From Camelus ferus (lineage: Eukaryota): a stretch of DNA of 64,000 bases. Both the position numbers and the translations under genes were made by a program. Location: positions 84,632,001-84,696,000 of the forward strand of contig NC_045696.1 of the NCBI RefSeq assembly GCF_009834535.1, in the 5' to 3' direction. Below, piece after piece: positions 40,693-54,430 of the stretch (positions are counted from its first letter, which is position 1; each line of letters begins with the position of its first letter). Under the pieces are notes generated by a model, which ran no database searches, had not been told where the DNA came from, and saw nothing but the letters and a program-made list of their open reading frames with translations.

Positions 40693-43320
40693 CCTACCAA
40701 AAGAAATTACCTATTTTTTTTAAATGTAGCCAAATTAACATGTGGCTTAATTTAAGCATAACTAAAAAAAATTTAAGGGAGATTTTTAACAAAATTATTA
40801 AGATGTCCATATACATGAGATTATTAAGGTAAATTTTGGGGGTCATTTTATAATATTGCATCTAAAGGTACAATTTTACTAATATTTACATTGACCAAAG
40901 TAAATAGACTCATATTTTCATGTTTGTTACCCCAGATTACAAAGCACAAATGAAAACAAAACACTTTTCAACATTTCTAGAATACTGATCCTTGCTATTA
41001 TATAAATATTATTCTAATCCAGACATTACAGATTAGTCTGAGAAACAAGTGTAAGAAATGATGAAATACATTACAATGTAACAATTTTTTCTTTTTTTTT
41101 TTTTGGAAAGAGGTAAAAAGGCACTATGGAATATAGCAGAGAGCATTCTGGATCAGTCATTTCATGTAATGGAAATATTTAATAATATTTTATAATTCTA
41201 ATTTTTATCTGGATTCGAAAACATCTAGAATTTGGAGAAAGAATTTATGTTGATTGAAATTATTTATTTTAAAATGTGCCTACATTTATATATCTAAATG
41301 TGTAAATGTCATTTTAAATTTATTTTTTCTATATACATAAAAAGAGACTCCCTCTATATAAAAATAATCACCTTTTTTTCACTATCTTGTGAGATGTGTA
41401 TTTGCTAAACAAACAATAATCATTCTATGACTAATGTACACAAAAATTTAAGTAGTTCAGTTTTATATATTAAATCTCTAGTGGTTCCTATTTTAATATT
41501 CATGTTAGAGAAAAATTTGTCCAAAAATTATCAAGGCAATAAGCATGTAAAGACTACTCTTTTTATTTCATAAGAAAAATATTTTAATGAAGCTATTTTC
41601 TTTCAATTTAACTAATATTACACTAAGTGGTAGTCTTAAAAGTTTTAAAGTGATAATGGGCCAACTGTTAAATGTTAAAATCTGTAACTTAACCATTAAG
41701 TGCTTTTTTATGTTGAAGAAGTCTCATTAGATGATATTTTCATAAAAATAAAATAATCTAGGGTTTTTTAACAGAAAAATATAACTAATTCCATCATACG
41801 TTCAAACATCCAAATTTTATACTGACTCAAATATTTATGGAAACATTCAGAAAATTCTTTACTTCATCTGACAGAATTATTAATTCAGTCTCAAGACACT
41901 GAAGAAATTTGAGTCACTAGGCTTTTTGCAATTTTTTAAATATTTCTCTTGTGGAATTCTAAGCATTGTTATAGATTTTCATTTCTTTTGAAAAGGTTTA
42001 AGAGTGAAAGCACTGACCACCAGCAACGCCTTCCATATCTTGGAATTTATGTCATTCATTTATTTCAAGTTTACTACTGTTGGCTACATTAAAAGATTCC
42101 TTTCGTTTTACTACCCGGTAATGACAGGATTACAACCAAACCACGACAGGAGGGATAAATTATACGCAGCATAATAAAAATGAGTCAAGGAGTGGCTACT
42201 AAGACACAATGAACACAGCAAAATTGATAAACACTCAAAAAACACAAAACAACAAAATAATTTTTATATAAAAATATTAATCTACTTTGTTTAGTAATTA
42301 TCATTGTTTATAATTGTTTAAATAATAATATACAAATTACTTCCATTAATACTTAAAGTGGAGTTAAAATGAACTTTAGAAATAAAGCAAAATCTTATGG
42401 CTTATATTAGATATTTATACCCTAAAAAAAGAGCAGTTGAGCTGTTAATTTACAGTAGGATATTCTAAAACCTAAGTGCTTATGTAAACTTTGTGCTATG
42501 TCACTACTGTCTTAGAAATTTGTCGAAACTCTTGCGGGGGTGGGTAAAGGATTGTTAATGGGATAAAGGAAATGTGAAAGAATAGAGATCAAACTGGATA
42601 CCTGAACTCAAGTAACTTTTAGCCTATACAAATTATAATAAAGATTATTGGTAACCTGACTAATATTAAATATTTCTTATTTAAAATATCTTTCCTAATT
42701 ATACTTTGTCATATTACTCAGTTTATTTATATTAAAAGATTTATTATAACTTGAGATTACTTTTGTCTTTAAAAGTTATCTTATTACTGTTCATCCTCAC
42801 GTGGGAGATCAACTGGCGTCATGCAGATTTCTTTTTCATTTATACACGTGTGAACGCCTTGCACCTGGTTCAGGTTCAGGTACGTAAAGGTGTTCAAATT
42901 TTTGGCTTAAATAATTAATGACCAAATTGATACTGTGAAATTCCCTGAGCACACCCTAGCTGAAAAATATAGGAGAGTAGCTTGATCCCATGTTTCGTAT
43001 GAGGATAATTTTTACCAGAATTCCAATTTTCTACTTTCAATAAAATCTGGACTACGAACATAAATATGGCATATGACTTTGTAGATAGTGATTTATGTAT
43101 CCCATGCACATATTCTTTATTTCCTTCTCATGTTCAAGCAATTAATAGTGTCTGTGCTTCCATGCTCTGAGGGGGTCTGTGGCAGTGTTTTATGACTTTT
43201 CATTTCTAAAAACAAAATTCAAATAAGGAGAGGCAAGTTTTGAAGAAGAAAAAGGGGGAAAAAAAAAAAGGAAGAAGAGAGAGAGAATGAGAGATACAAT
43301 AATGTGATGGATGCTCTGAT

Positions 43321-43620
43321 TGTCACAGATCCCCTACAGAAATGAGGGATTTATTACTCAGCCTCTACTATCAGCACCCTTCAGGAATTGCTTCGGATGA
43401 AGAGAGCCATCTGGCTTAAGGCCATCACTCTTCTATACCATCTTTAGCACTCATCCTAGCATATTATCAGGTTACCAGTGAGACTGCTTATTTGTCTCAT
43501 TGCCCATTTATTCTTTCTCCCCTTCTCTCCCAGGAATTAATCTAAGAATCCTCTATAATATAATTCCTGTATGCTAATCAGCATTTTAGATTCTGCCTTC
43601 TAGAAATCTAACCTAGAAAT
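43321..43620 (+). mobile_element. ERVL-class 5' LTR (LTR16-like) of the adjacent provirus
   Basis: Ends '...ctaatcagcattttagattctgccttctagaaatctaaccta', immediately followed by a PBS-like 'tttggtg'. Confidence 0.55.
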
Positions 43621-43854
43621 TTTGGTGTAGAATTGTTCCCCATAAGAAGGCCTTTAGATGGGTCTGGAGCTAGATTTGCCACCTCCCGGCTGCAAATGAG
43701 GACCCCATCACTATGGAAAGGAGAATAGACAGCTCCTGGCCCAAGGTCACAGGGCAGCGTTCACCTGTGATGAACTGGAGTGGTAAAATTGGTGTGAATG
43801 CATAAACTGTGAAACGTAGGTCTTGAATAATTATGAGAAAATAATAACATTAAG

Positions 43855-44335
43855 ATGTTATAAAAAAAGATGTCCCAATCCTCAAACCTGAAATACGTCA
43901 GTTATATGGAAAAGGTAAAATCAGGTTATAGATGGAATCAAGGTTGCTAATCAGCTGACTGACCTTAAAATAGAGAAGTTATCCTGGTAGACTCAACACA
44001 ATCACAAGAGATTTTAGAAGTGGAGGAGGGAACTAGAAGAGCGAGCCAGATAGATGGCAGCATGAGGAGAACTTGGGTCATGTTGCTGGCTTTGAGAATG
44101 AAGGAAGAGGGCTCTGGGCCAAATGCAGGCAGCCTATGGACTCTGGAAAAGGTAATGAAATAGATTCTCCACTAGAGCCTCCAGAAGGAATGCAACACTG
44201 ACAACATCTCAGCTTTAATACAGTGATACCCATGCTGGGCTTCTGACCTCTAAAACTGTAAGACAATAAACTTGTGTTGTTTTAAGTAAGCAAATACATG
44301 GCAGTCTGTTGCAGCAGTAATAAGAAACTAATGCA
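43855..44335 (+). mobile_element. MaLR LTR (MLT1D/E-like) nested in the ERV-L
   Basis: 'gatggaatcaaggttgctaatcagctgac', 'gattctccactagagcctccagaaggaatgca', 'cttctgacctctaaaactgtaagacaataaa...agaaactaatgca'. Confidence 0.85.
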
Positions 44336-44647
44336 TGGAAGTAGAACTACCAAAATCGTTATGGCAGATGATGGAAGAGGGAATTAACAAGCTGAGTGCA
44401 ATGATTTGCTCTTGTGGGTACACTATGTGACATTAAAAGAGCCATGCAAAAACATGCTCCATGGAGGGATCAAAGGATATATCATTTTTCAAATCTAAAA
44501 GGAATCCATTGATGAGGAGGTACCAATCTCATTAAAAATTTCACTAATTGCTCTTCCTTTTAGGGTTTGCCTGATGTTTAAAAAAAAAAAAAAGGCAGGA
44601 AAGAACTGGGTTCCCAGAGACCAAGGGTTAACTGTCATCACTTTAGC

Positions 44648-44690
<43 letters not shown>

Positions 44691-44691
44691 C
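44648..44691. repeat. (CAA)n microsatellite, imperfect
   Basis: Read directly: acaacaacaacaa... Confidence 0.95.
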
Positions 44692-44875
44692 GCCAAAAAT
44701 AGAGATTATCTGGTAATATTTAATCAATAGAAGTCAGACTGACTTAATGATCATAATGAGCAGCAAAGTCGATGACAATCATGCGAGCCTAATTTGCAGA
44801 GAATTACAAAGTGTAGTAGTAGAAGAGAGCTTTCCTAAGGGCAAGGTAGATGAGCACCCCACAAGCTCTACAATT

Positions 44876-44980
44876 AAAAGAAAATAAGAAAGAAAGAAGA
44901 AAAGAAAGAGTGGTGAGAAAGGAGAGAGAGACAGAGAGAGATATGGAGGGAGGGAGGAAGGAAGGAAGGAAATAAGGACG
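44876..44980. repeat. Purine-rich (GA/GGAA) low-complexity tract
   Basis: aagaaagaaagaaga...gagagagag...ggagggaggaaggaaggaagg. Confidence 0.9.
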
Positions 44981-47900
44981 GATGGTCAGGTCATACAGCT
45001 CAAAAAATTACCAAAATTCCTTTGCAGTTTTCATTACTGAGCCAGTTTCTGGACCCAAACCACAATGACTACAGAAAGAGTCAGAACCCCCAAAGGAATA
45101 ACCTACAATTCCACAGCAATTGTACACAGTGATTATCTCCCAAGTCCTTCCACAACGGGACCTATGTTCATTTTACTTAGGTAATTGCACACTGAAAAAA
45201 AAGGACATAATGAAATATTTTGAAAACTGTGAGACACAGGGCCTAAATTAACACTGATACCCAGAAATCCACTATGTTATGACCTGCCAGTAGAGTGGAG
45301 GCATATGTGAGCTTGTTTATGGAGTCTGGTTCAAGTCCAGCTTATAGTGGGACCAGTGGTCATTTTCCTGGTTGCTGAAAATATCAGTAGAACTGACATA
45401 CTGGATACTTGGGGAAATTTCACCATTTACTACTGTGCCTGTGTGGGGTGAGAGTTATCACTGCGTGAAAGGTTAAATGCAAGTCTCTAAAACTGTCCTC
45501 CCCTCAGGTAAGATAGTAACTGTAAAACATCACATTCTTAAAGGGTGACAGAAATAAGTACTATTCCTAAAGACCTCAGGAATGAGGAGGGTATTCTTAT
45601 CCTCTCCACTTAATTCACCAACCTGGCTCCTCTGAAAACCAGCTGCACTGGTGAATGACAGCAGACTGTTGAAATCGCAAACACACAGTAGGCCAGCTGT
45701 AGCTGTCAGGCCCGAAGATGGATCCCGACTACAGCAGTTTAACACAGCCTCACACGCAGGGCACTGAGTCACTGATGTGGTGAACATGTTCTTTCCACCC
45801 CCATCCCCAAATAGGATTACAAAGAGTTTGTATTCACTTGGAAAGGCCAGGGTATACACTTACATCATGTCTCAGGGCTATGGTAATTTCTCTGTCCTCT
45901 GTCATAAGATACTCTAATCTCAGATCTGGGCCAGTTGGACATTCTGCAGAATGTCACACTGGACCACTGCATCAAGGCACTAAGCTAATAATGCTGGGTA
46001 AGAACTGGTACGTTAGTGGTCTTTGTGAACACGTGCCCCACAAAGAGTGGGAAACAAATCACAGTCTCATCTAAGGTGAAGCACATAGTATTGTATCTTA
46101 TTTCTTCAACCATGAGGGAAGTCACACAGTGCCTCGTGAGTCTCTTTGGATTCGGGAAGAAGCGTGCTCCTCACCAGGAATACTGCTCTGATCCCTAAAC
46201 TGGAAGGCTGCCAGCTCCGCATGAAGTCTAGAGCAAGAACAGGCTCTTCAGTGCACCAGGCTATGGTACAGAAGACTTTGCTGTTTCGAGAAGCATCATC
46301 CAAGATGATCCTCTGATTTTAGAGGACCGCTGAAGGAATTACAATTAAGCCCATTAGAGTTCAGAAGGAAAGCTGCGTTATACGCATCAGAGAATTATAC
46401 AGCTTTCAAAAGACTTCTAACATTCTACTGGACCCTGCTAGAGACAGAGCCTAATCATGGTACATCAAACATAGCCAAAACTGCCCATCACAGTTAATGT
46501 CAGACCCATCAAATCATAGGTCATGTAGGCCCAGAAAAAAATGGGATAATCCACTGTAAAATGAAGTGGTGCATCGTAGATATCACCTGAGCAGTGCCAG
46601 ATAACGAAAGAGCACGGCACGTACCGGTAGCTCAGAGCTTTCCTGTAATCCACCACTGTCACACTGGCACCTCCAGCGTTAGTTTCTGAGAGTGATCACA
46701 GTTATGTCTCACAGAGGTTCCCCTGTGATTAGCTAATGAAGGCAGAAAATGCAGAATTTCATCCAATAATGGATTAGTTTCTTGTATGAGGTGGCTTTGA
46801 AATACTGTGAAAGAGGAAACCTTCCAGATGAAGGAAACCTTGAATATGGACTGGTCATCCAGTTTGACTGGACAGCAAACCTGTTTTAGAATAAGCACTG
46901 AATCATATGCAGTGGGGAATGTCTTGGCTGGCCGGCCAAGACCTAGAAGGAAAGTTCGCAAGTTTGAGGACAAGAAGATATGGATAGACAAATATTCATT
47001 GTTCTTAATAGCTCAGAATTTAAGAGAAATGAATAGCAGGAGAAGATATTATAATTAAAATAAATTCTTATGAGTTAAATTATCAAAATTATTTAATATT
47101 AATTTGGGAAAAGAGTAATTGCTTCAGGGAATGAAGATGGGAAACATTGCATCTGTCTTTAGCTGCTTTATCATCAGCATTTTAAATATAACTAGCAAAT
47201 AACAAATATTTAGTAAACACTTGTTGAAGTATTTGTTGAGTAGTATGAACATACTAAAGATACCAGTCAGAGGAAGTATCTAAGTTAAAATTATGTAAAA
47301 ATATGAAAAAACTGTGTGGTAGATATCCAATTAATTATAATAATTGCTAAATGGGAGTTTGTAATTTGAATAAACTAAATGAGGTTAAAAGTTACTTAAT
47401 ATACTCAAGATTCAATTTCTTCAATTTCCTTTATAAAATGTGGTTAGTGATAGTATTCACCTCCAATTTCTTTAATATAATTGAATGTGTGATTGCATCT
47501 AAATACATCTAAATTTGCTGGCAGTCATTTAGTAAGTTCTCAGGAAAATTTAGCCATGTAACACTTTTATTTATGAACTTGTTGCAAGTAATTGTAATTT
47601 TTACAGAAGAAAATATCAATGTCAGTGTTTATTCTCTGTATTTGCCAATGCATAGCAGTATGCTTTCTCTCAGCAGGAAGAGGTATCTCAAACGACTGTC
47701 TCTATTTAAAGATTAAGTGAAAACTTAGAGGGTGAAGAGCTAATTCCATAAAGTCAGTTGATTGTGTTTTTTTTTTACTTTTAAATATGCTTATTGCTTA
47801 CTGCCTCTGGCATATTTGAGTGTTTAAATCTGTTCATTATATTTATACACTGATTCAAGAGCTAAGAGACAGATGACAAGAGATTTAAACAAAATGAGTG

Positions 47901-49409
47901 AGAAACCAAACACTTTTCCCTTGTGCTGATGTATGCTTTTTCCTACATAAATGCCTAAATGTGTTGACTGGAGTGAGGATGAGAGGATTTTCATTAATAC
48001 TTACATCTGTTATTGCAGATGTAGATAATGTATCTTTTTTATTTTAGAAAAGTAGTGACAAATGATATGCTTTCAAGATCTTCTTTTTAAAAGATTTTTT
48101 AAAAGAATTGCCTACATTTTTATCTTCAGTATTTATATATATATACACATATATATTATCTTCTCTATTAAAATGTATGTGTGTGTGTATGTGTGTATAT
48201 ATATGGAACTGTCCAGATGTCAAGTCCATGATGAGTCTTAAGATTTTACAACCATAAACCTTCAAAAACAGAGGACTGTAATCAAACATAACTGCATGCT
48301 TTGAAACTGTATCCAAACTTGGATTTCCTTACTTAGGATTAGTCCTAGGGTTCAGAACAGTATCTAGGTCACTCTAAGAATTTTTATTAAATTATTACAA
48401 GAATGTAGTTCTCACAGTATTGTCAGTGGTCGTAGAGATCAAATGCCCAAGATATACACTAATATAACAATTCCTAAATAATAAATCAATCCTATTTATA
48501 GAAAATATTTTGTTGGACATTTCAAATGCCACCTATGAGGAATGGAGAAGAAGAAGTAATTTTCAGCACCTCCTCTTAAAGGACTCTGCATACTGCAGAG
48601 TTAGGTTTTATTGCAGGTGACCTTTATCAACAATCTTTATTTGATAGCATTTCAAACAAGTCAGCTCCTTCCAATGCCACGTTATTGCTCAAAAGCTCGG
48701 CCAGAATGCTGATGAAAGATGATTCCATAGCATGTCTTTACCTACAAAGGAAATGTGTTTATTTTACTTTTAAATTAGTATTAAATTATTCATTTGAGGA
48801 CAAGTTACATAGAATGTTTGAGAATTTGGTGGGGTTGAAAATTAGATTTGAGAAGATAATGACCATTGTGTGAGTGTCTGATATGTCAAACGTCTCTATT
48901 CTGGAAGATAAAACACAAAGGGAAACTTTAGGCTTGGTCTGACCTTGAACAATTCAGGAATAAAAGCCAAACACCTAGAAATTCTTAGGCGAAAGGCCTG
49001 AGATGAGGGCTCAAGATGGAGCTGTGCACGGGGCGCAGCAGGACTGACTGCTCAGGAATCTTGGGTGCAGGTGATACATGCTTCTCTCCCTGAGTAGGTC
49101 CAGGATTAGGAAGGACCTTGGGGGCCAAGTCAGAGAAGCAGTGAAGCAAAGCCCGACACTGGAAGAGACAGGCTGGTGACCACATCTAGAAGGAAAATGT
49201 GAAAAAGATTCTCCAAGAAACTAGAAATCTTTCCAGTGGATTCAACATTTCCCATTAGAAACCATCTTATGTAGCTGTTTGGGTAGATGAATCTTGCTTT
49301 AAAAACGGAGGCACCAGTGGAAAAAGGAAAAAAAAAAAAAAAACTATATTTAAGAAGACAAGCCAGGTAGTATACAGCTCAAATTGAACTGTCTTAAGAT
49401 CAACCCATA

Positions 49410-50320
49410 ACTCAACAAGTATTTATTATACACCTACTGTGTACTGGAAACATGGTGACTACTGGAGAGCTGGTGGTAGGAAAAGAGGTGCTGCCCTTTC
49501 CTCGGGTGGCTTGTATTCTAGTGAGGGACACAATTAGATACATAAACAAAATGATTCCAGAATGCTTTAAGTTCTGGGAACAGAGCAAATAGAGTTAATA
49601 GAGAATAAACCAGCTAAGGGAATACTGAAGGGAGAGCGTAGAAGGAAGACAAAAAGAAAAATTGCCAGAGACACAGATAAGAAGGTGCTGAGCTACTGGA
49701 GGAACCTGGAGGAGATGGTGTGGCTGGAGCACAAGGACTGAGTACATTGATCCCCAACTAGGCTGGAGAGATTAGCAGGGACCAGCAGTAAGAGGTTCCT
49801 CCAGGCTCTGCTAACTAATTTAGATTTAACTGAGCAATGGAGAAACCTTGGAGTGTTTGTCTTTCCTTCCTTCCTTCTTCCTTCCCTCCCACCCTACCTC
49901 CTTCTCTCTGTCTCTTGTCTCTCTCTCTCCTTTTGCTTTTTTAGGAACTTGACCTAGTTTCATATTTTAAAAATAATCTTTAACTGCTATGTAGAGAATG
50001 GATTTTAGGAAATGGTAAATGGAAGTTGAATCAACGGGACCTAGTTAGGAGTTCATTGTGGTGGCCCAGATGATATCTAGCTAAACTGAAGGCCACAGAG
50101 GTCGCTAGAAGTGAAAGGAATTTGGGCATGTTTTGGAGGGGTACTGATACACTTACTGATGAATTGCATGTAGACTCTGGAAGAGGGAGAATGATGGACG
50201 ATTTCTAGATTTTTTATTTAAAAAGGACAAGTTTGCTTTGGAAATTAAGATCTCTGGTTTAGTAATTTTTAGCTTAAGATTATTATTAGACAACCAAGTA
50301 GAATTGTTAAGTAGTTACAT
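49410..50320 (-). mobile_element. L2 fragment with an internal pyrimidine microsatellite (49860-49930)
   Basis: 'tcaacaagtatttattatacacctactgtgt', 'tgctatgtagagaatggatt', 'ctagttaggag', 'gacttactgatgaattg'-like segments are typical of reversed L2. Confidence 0.75.
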
Positions 50321-53300
50321 ACATCGATAAAAGGAATCTTTTATTTACTGTCTGTGTGTTCTAGCTCTGTTTTATTTTTCCTTAGTTTCTAATTTCTAAG
50401 CAAAATTCATGCTGAAAATTATCTTCTATCATTCCTTAAGAAAATAATAGAATCTATCTTCCCTTAAGAAAGGCAATGAGAAGAAAGGTTTTTTCCCCGC
50501 ATTTAGACCTGAAGATCCAAGAATGTTAGAGCATCTTTAGGGAGCAGTGATTACAGTTTCAGCAATATTATCTTGAAATATATTGCAGAAAACATGATTC
50601 ATTTAACAATGAGTTTCCTAAAGTGGTGCAGTTATAACACCATGATTACAGATTATGCCCCATGATGGGACTCTTGTGTTTGTTCATTTACTGCTTTTCT
50701 AAACAATTATCAAACTGTCACAGCCATTAATATTTACTTACATTTACTCCACCTTCAACAAAGATAAATGATTAAGCTCTCCATTGTGCCCTCACTATGC
50801 CTCACATACACTTCTAACGTGACATCCGCCACATTTTAATTCCTTATTTGACTTGATTGTAATCCCCCTGACATAACAATGGTATCTTATTTTTTCTTGT
50901 ATCTCTTCCATTAGCAGTGACACATCCTAGTAAATAACTTATCAGTGGATATATGAATGAATGAATAAACGAGTGAATGAGTGACTAGGGCAACACTAGG
51001 TAGGGTATAGCTAACGGGGATTATCCTCCAAAGCCCTTGCCTTTCTGGATCCTGCCTTGCTGGCAATTTGGCATTTCTCTCAGGGGAGAGCCAGAAGTGC
51101 AGAAAACGTAAGGAGATCAAATATCCCTACACAATGGAGAATTGAAACTCTGATAAAGTCAGTTATACTACATTTTTCTATACAGCATCTATAAACAGCA
51201 ACACTTCCTCAAAGTGTAAGAGAACAACTGCATGTTTCCAATACACACATATACCACACAGGCAAGAATTCTGTTTCATTTCTAATAAAACACAATACAG
51301 AGAGATTAATTTATTATAAAATCTGTAACTGTTAATGGAACTAGATTCAGCTTGTCAGGCTAGCATATATTTTTCATTATAGGCAAAAGGCATGAGAAGC
51401 CAAATTGGAATCAATAGGATGGTTTGTAAGCATGAAATTAGAACAAGGAAATTAAGTTCTATGATTCAACAACTGGAGAGCATAAAGCTAGGGTACAATG
51501 ATATATCCCAGTAAAAGCAGATAGATGTAGTGACCAGCATTTACCAAAGTCTGGTCATTGAGCTAGAGAAGCCTCTAAGCTAAACAATCGACAGATACAT
51601 CTAATATTTGACTTTCGTTCTTTGTACTCTCTACTTCATATTTCACCCTTCACCCACTCCCCCCAAATATAAAGCTTCATACTTATTCCCTTCCAGCATT
51701 GACACAGGTGAATACTTCCCAGAATACTGAAGGACATAATCTGATATATAGTATTGACAGGAATTTTGACAGGACGAAAAGCTGGAAGAGACTCATTTCT
51801 CTCAGTAGAAGGGATCCATGCTATTACACAGGCTTGAAGTAGTTTTGAATATACTTTGAATTAGGCTGCTCATATGACTCCCTTTATGGTGCTCCTGTCA
51901 TTTAACAGTATTGTGACAGTTAGTAGAAATAGAAGTACAAACCTAGGTGAAGTAGATATGCAAGCAAATTGCAATACAAAGTGTAAGAAGAGAGAAACAT
52001 GAAATATGAATAACATTCAGAGTCAGCATATGGGGACAGTGATTAACACTGGAAAGAGTTGCAGCTCAAGTGTTTGGTATCTACACAACAGAAGTAGTAT
52101 TATGGTGGAACTACACCGTGGAATCTTTCAAATAAAGTAGAAGACTGCAAATAAGAAACTTTCCTCAAGGTATGGGTCTACTGTGACCTCTTCTTGTAAC
52201 TATTTCTGAGGAAAAGTATTATTGGATTTTCCTATTCAGTGATCTCATATAAAATATACATATCTATTTTAGAAATCATAACATAAAATTACAAGTATTT
52301 ATTTACACATCTATCTAGTTTTTGTAACCTGGAGGACTTCAGAGGCAGCAAAGAGACTTAATTATTTCTGATATCCCAGCACCTATTAAAAGTGCATGAC
52401 ATGTATGGAAATACTCTGTGATTTTTAATCAAATGCCTGGTAGATTAAGTTGAATTAAAATGTATAGGGGGGAGGAATTTATCTGCAAAGGCAAAACTGG
52501 CATGTGGTGACTTGAAAAAAAAACTTGCAGAGCATACTTTTGGAGATTCTTAATTCCTACATAACAGTATTGTTTGGATAATTATTTAAATCAAAGGTCA
52601 CTTTTTCACTAGTCTTTCATAAAACACACTTTATTGGATGTTAGCTATATAGCATGGCCAGTCAGACTTTGCAAAAATGAAATAGCAGATATTTATGGTA
52701 TAAGTCTGAAAAGATGGGAATAAAAAATTAAAGTTAATGGAATCACTCCACATCCCCAAGATTGTCATTGTCCAAAAGTCCAGTTATTTTGAAACAGTAA
52801 CTATTTAATAATGAAAATTGGAATTAAAATGCAAATAGCTTAGTCCTTTTTTGCTGCCTTAAATGAAGTTTAAAATTTGATCAGAAGGGGAAAAAAAAAG
52901 CTGAAAAGAAAATGATGGTGTTAGCTTCAAAGGAGAGTTCATAAAGCAAAAAGTCCTCATGGGTTGGAGGTGAAAAGATAGCATTACTTCATTATAATGG
53001 ATCGTTCCATAAGGAGATGAATCTGATAGGCATCACCTGGGAGGATAAGCCTGTAATGTGAGCTGTTTAGGATGACATAACGGGATAAAATCAGAAGGCC
53101 ACAGATCAATTGCTTAGAAACTCAATACGAGTAATTAAATTATTTGAGATAAGGGAGTTCAGAAAGCATATAATTTATTATATTAAAAGTGATAAATTGC
53201 TTGCTTTTTTTCTTGGAATGTTAAAGCCTAACTCATGCATTTTATACTTTCATGTTGTAATTTGATTAATAAAATATGCTTTATTGATGAGCAACTACGG

Positions 53301-53380
53301 CAGTACTATATGGGATAAAAATGGGATCAGGTCAACTTTTTTTTTCTTTTTTTAACTTTTTTTCTATTAAAAAGACAAAA

Positions 53381-53723
53381 CAGGGGGTGTGGGAGGGGGT
53401 GAACAGACAGAGCACAGGATATTTCCAGGGCAGTGAAAATGTTCTATATGATACTATAATGATGGATTTGTGTCAATTATGCATTTGTCCAAACCCATAC
53501 AATGTACAACACCAAGAGTGAAGCATAATGTAAACTGTGAACTTTGGGTAATTACGGTCTGTCAGTGTAGATTCATCAATTGTAACAAATGTACCACTGT
53601 AGTGAGGAATGTTGATAATCAGGTGGGCAATGCATGTATGGGGGCAAGGGAAACATGAGAAATCTCTGTACTCCGCCTCAATTTTGCTGTGAATTTTAAA
53701 CTGTTCTAAAAAATACTTGTAAT
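53381..53723 (+). mobile_element. L1MC-type 3' end with 11-bp TSD
   Basis: 'gagcacaggatatttccagggcagtgaaaat', 'caaacccatacaatgtacaacaccaagagtgaa', 'atctctgtact'. TSD aaaagacaaaa at 53370-53380 and 53724-53734. Confidence 0.88.
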
Positions 53724-54159
53724 AAAAGACAAAATAATCTCTGACAGCATTACAACATTTTACAGATTCAATATTTATGCTGTGTTTAAGGATAGCAAGA
53801 ATTTCAAAAGTAAACTAGATATTGTGTATTAAAAAATACAAAAAAATTTTAAATTAAAAACAAACTTTAAAATGTCTATTTTATTTATAATAACCCCAAT
53901 CTGGGCTTGGGAAAGTAAAGAAACTGCTATTTGAGACCTCATGGTTACCAATGTGTCTTTTCTGATCATTCTGACATCTCCTGGGCAGTAGCACGGACAA
54001 CACCCCCCCCCCCATAAAAACGGAAAGGACAGAAGAATTAGGCATATACGAATTTTTCCAGCTTGTGCTGTTGCTCTTCTTTAGTCTTAATTATTCCCAT
54101 GTGTTCCAAGTTTTTCTTTCCCCTAAAATGAGCCTCCCAGGTTACTAATAGAAAGCATC

Positions 54160-54430
54160 ATTTCTTAGAATTTGTTCCACAGAACCTTAGCTTTATGAGA
54201 TATTACTCAGAAAACAAAAGATTTTAGGGTTAAATAACTTTGAGAAAGGCTGTGCTAAACAAAGTTCAGCAGAATTCCCTAACACAGTTTTGTTGTGAGG
54301 ATTTATAATGCTAATGTGCACTGTAAATCTCCAAAGGGGGATACTGTGTATGAGATGTTTTCCAAATTTATTTGATGACTAATAGATTTGTCTGAATACC
54401 TAAGCACTTTAAACCAGGGATTTGGCAAAG
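54160..54430. mobile_element. Probable hAT-Charlie-type DNA transposon fragment
   Basis: 'tgttccacagaac', 'tttgagaaaggctgtgctaaacaaagtt', 'gtttttccaaatttatttga'. Family is uncertain. Confidence 0.5.

Larger units (their letters stand above)
43621..46990 (+). mobile_element. Decayed ERV-L (class III) internal region with gag remnant, protease, RT and RNase H; no integrase or 3' LTR seen
   Basis: Protease-like L*DTGPKLTLIP at about 45227 (ERV-L LLDTGSELTLIP). RT-like NSPTW...MTAD at about 45610-45670, and QGYGNF near 45875 (ERV-L QGY.NS). RNase H-like RISTESYAVGNVLAG...FEDKKIW in ORF 46807-47058 (ERV-L TDSWAVANGLAGW...IGDKEIW). Confidence 0.85.
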
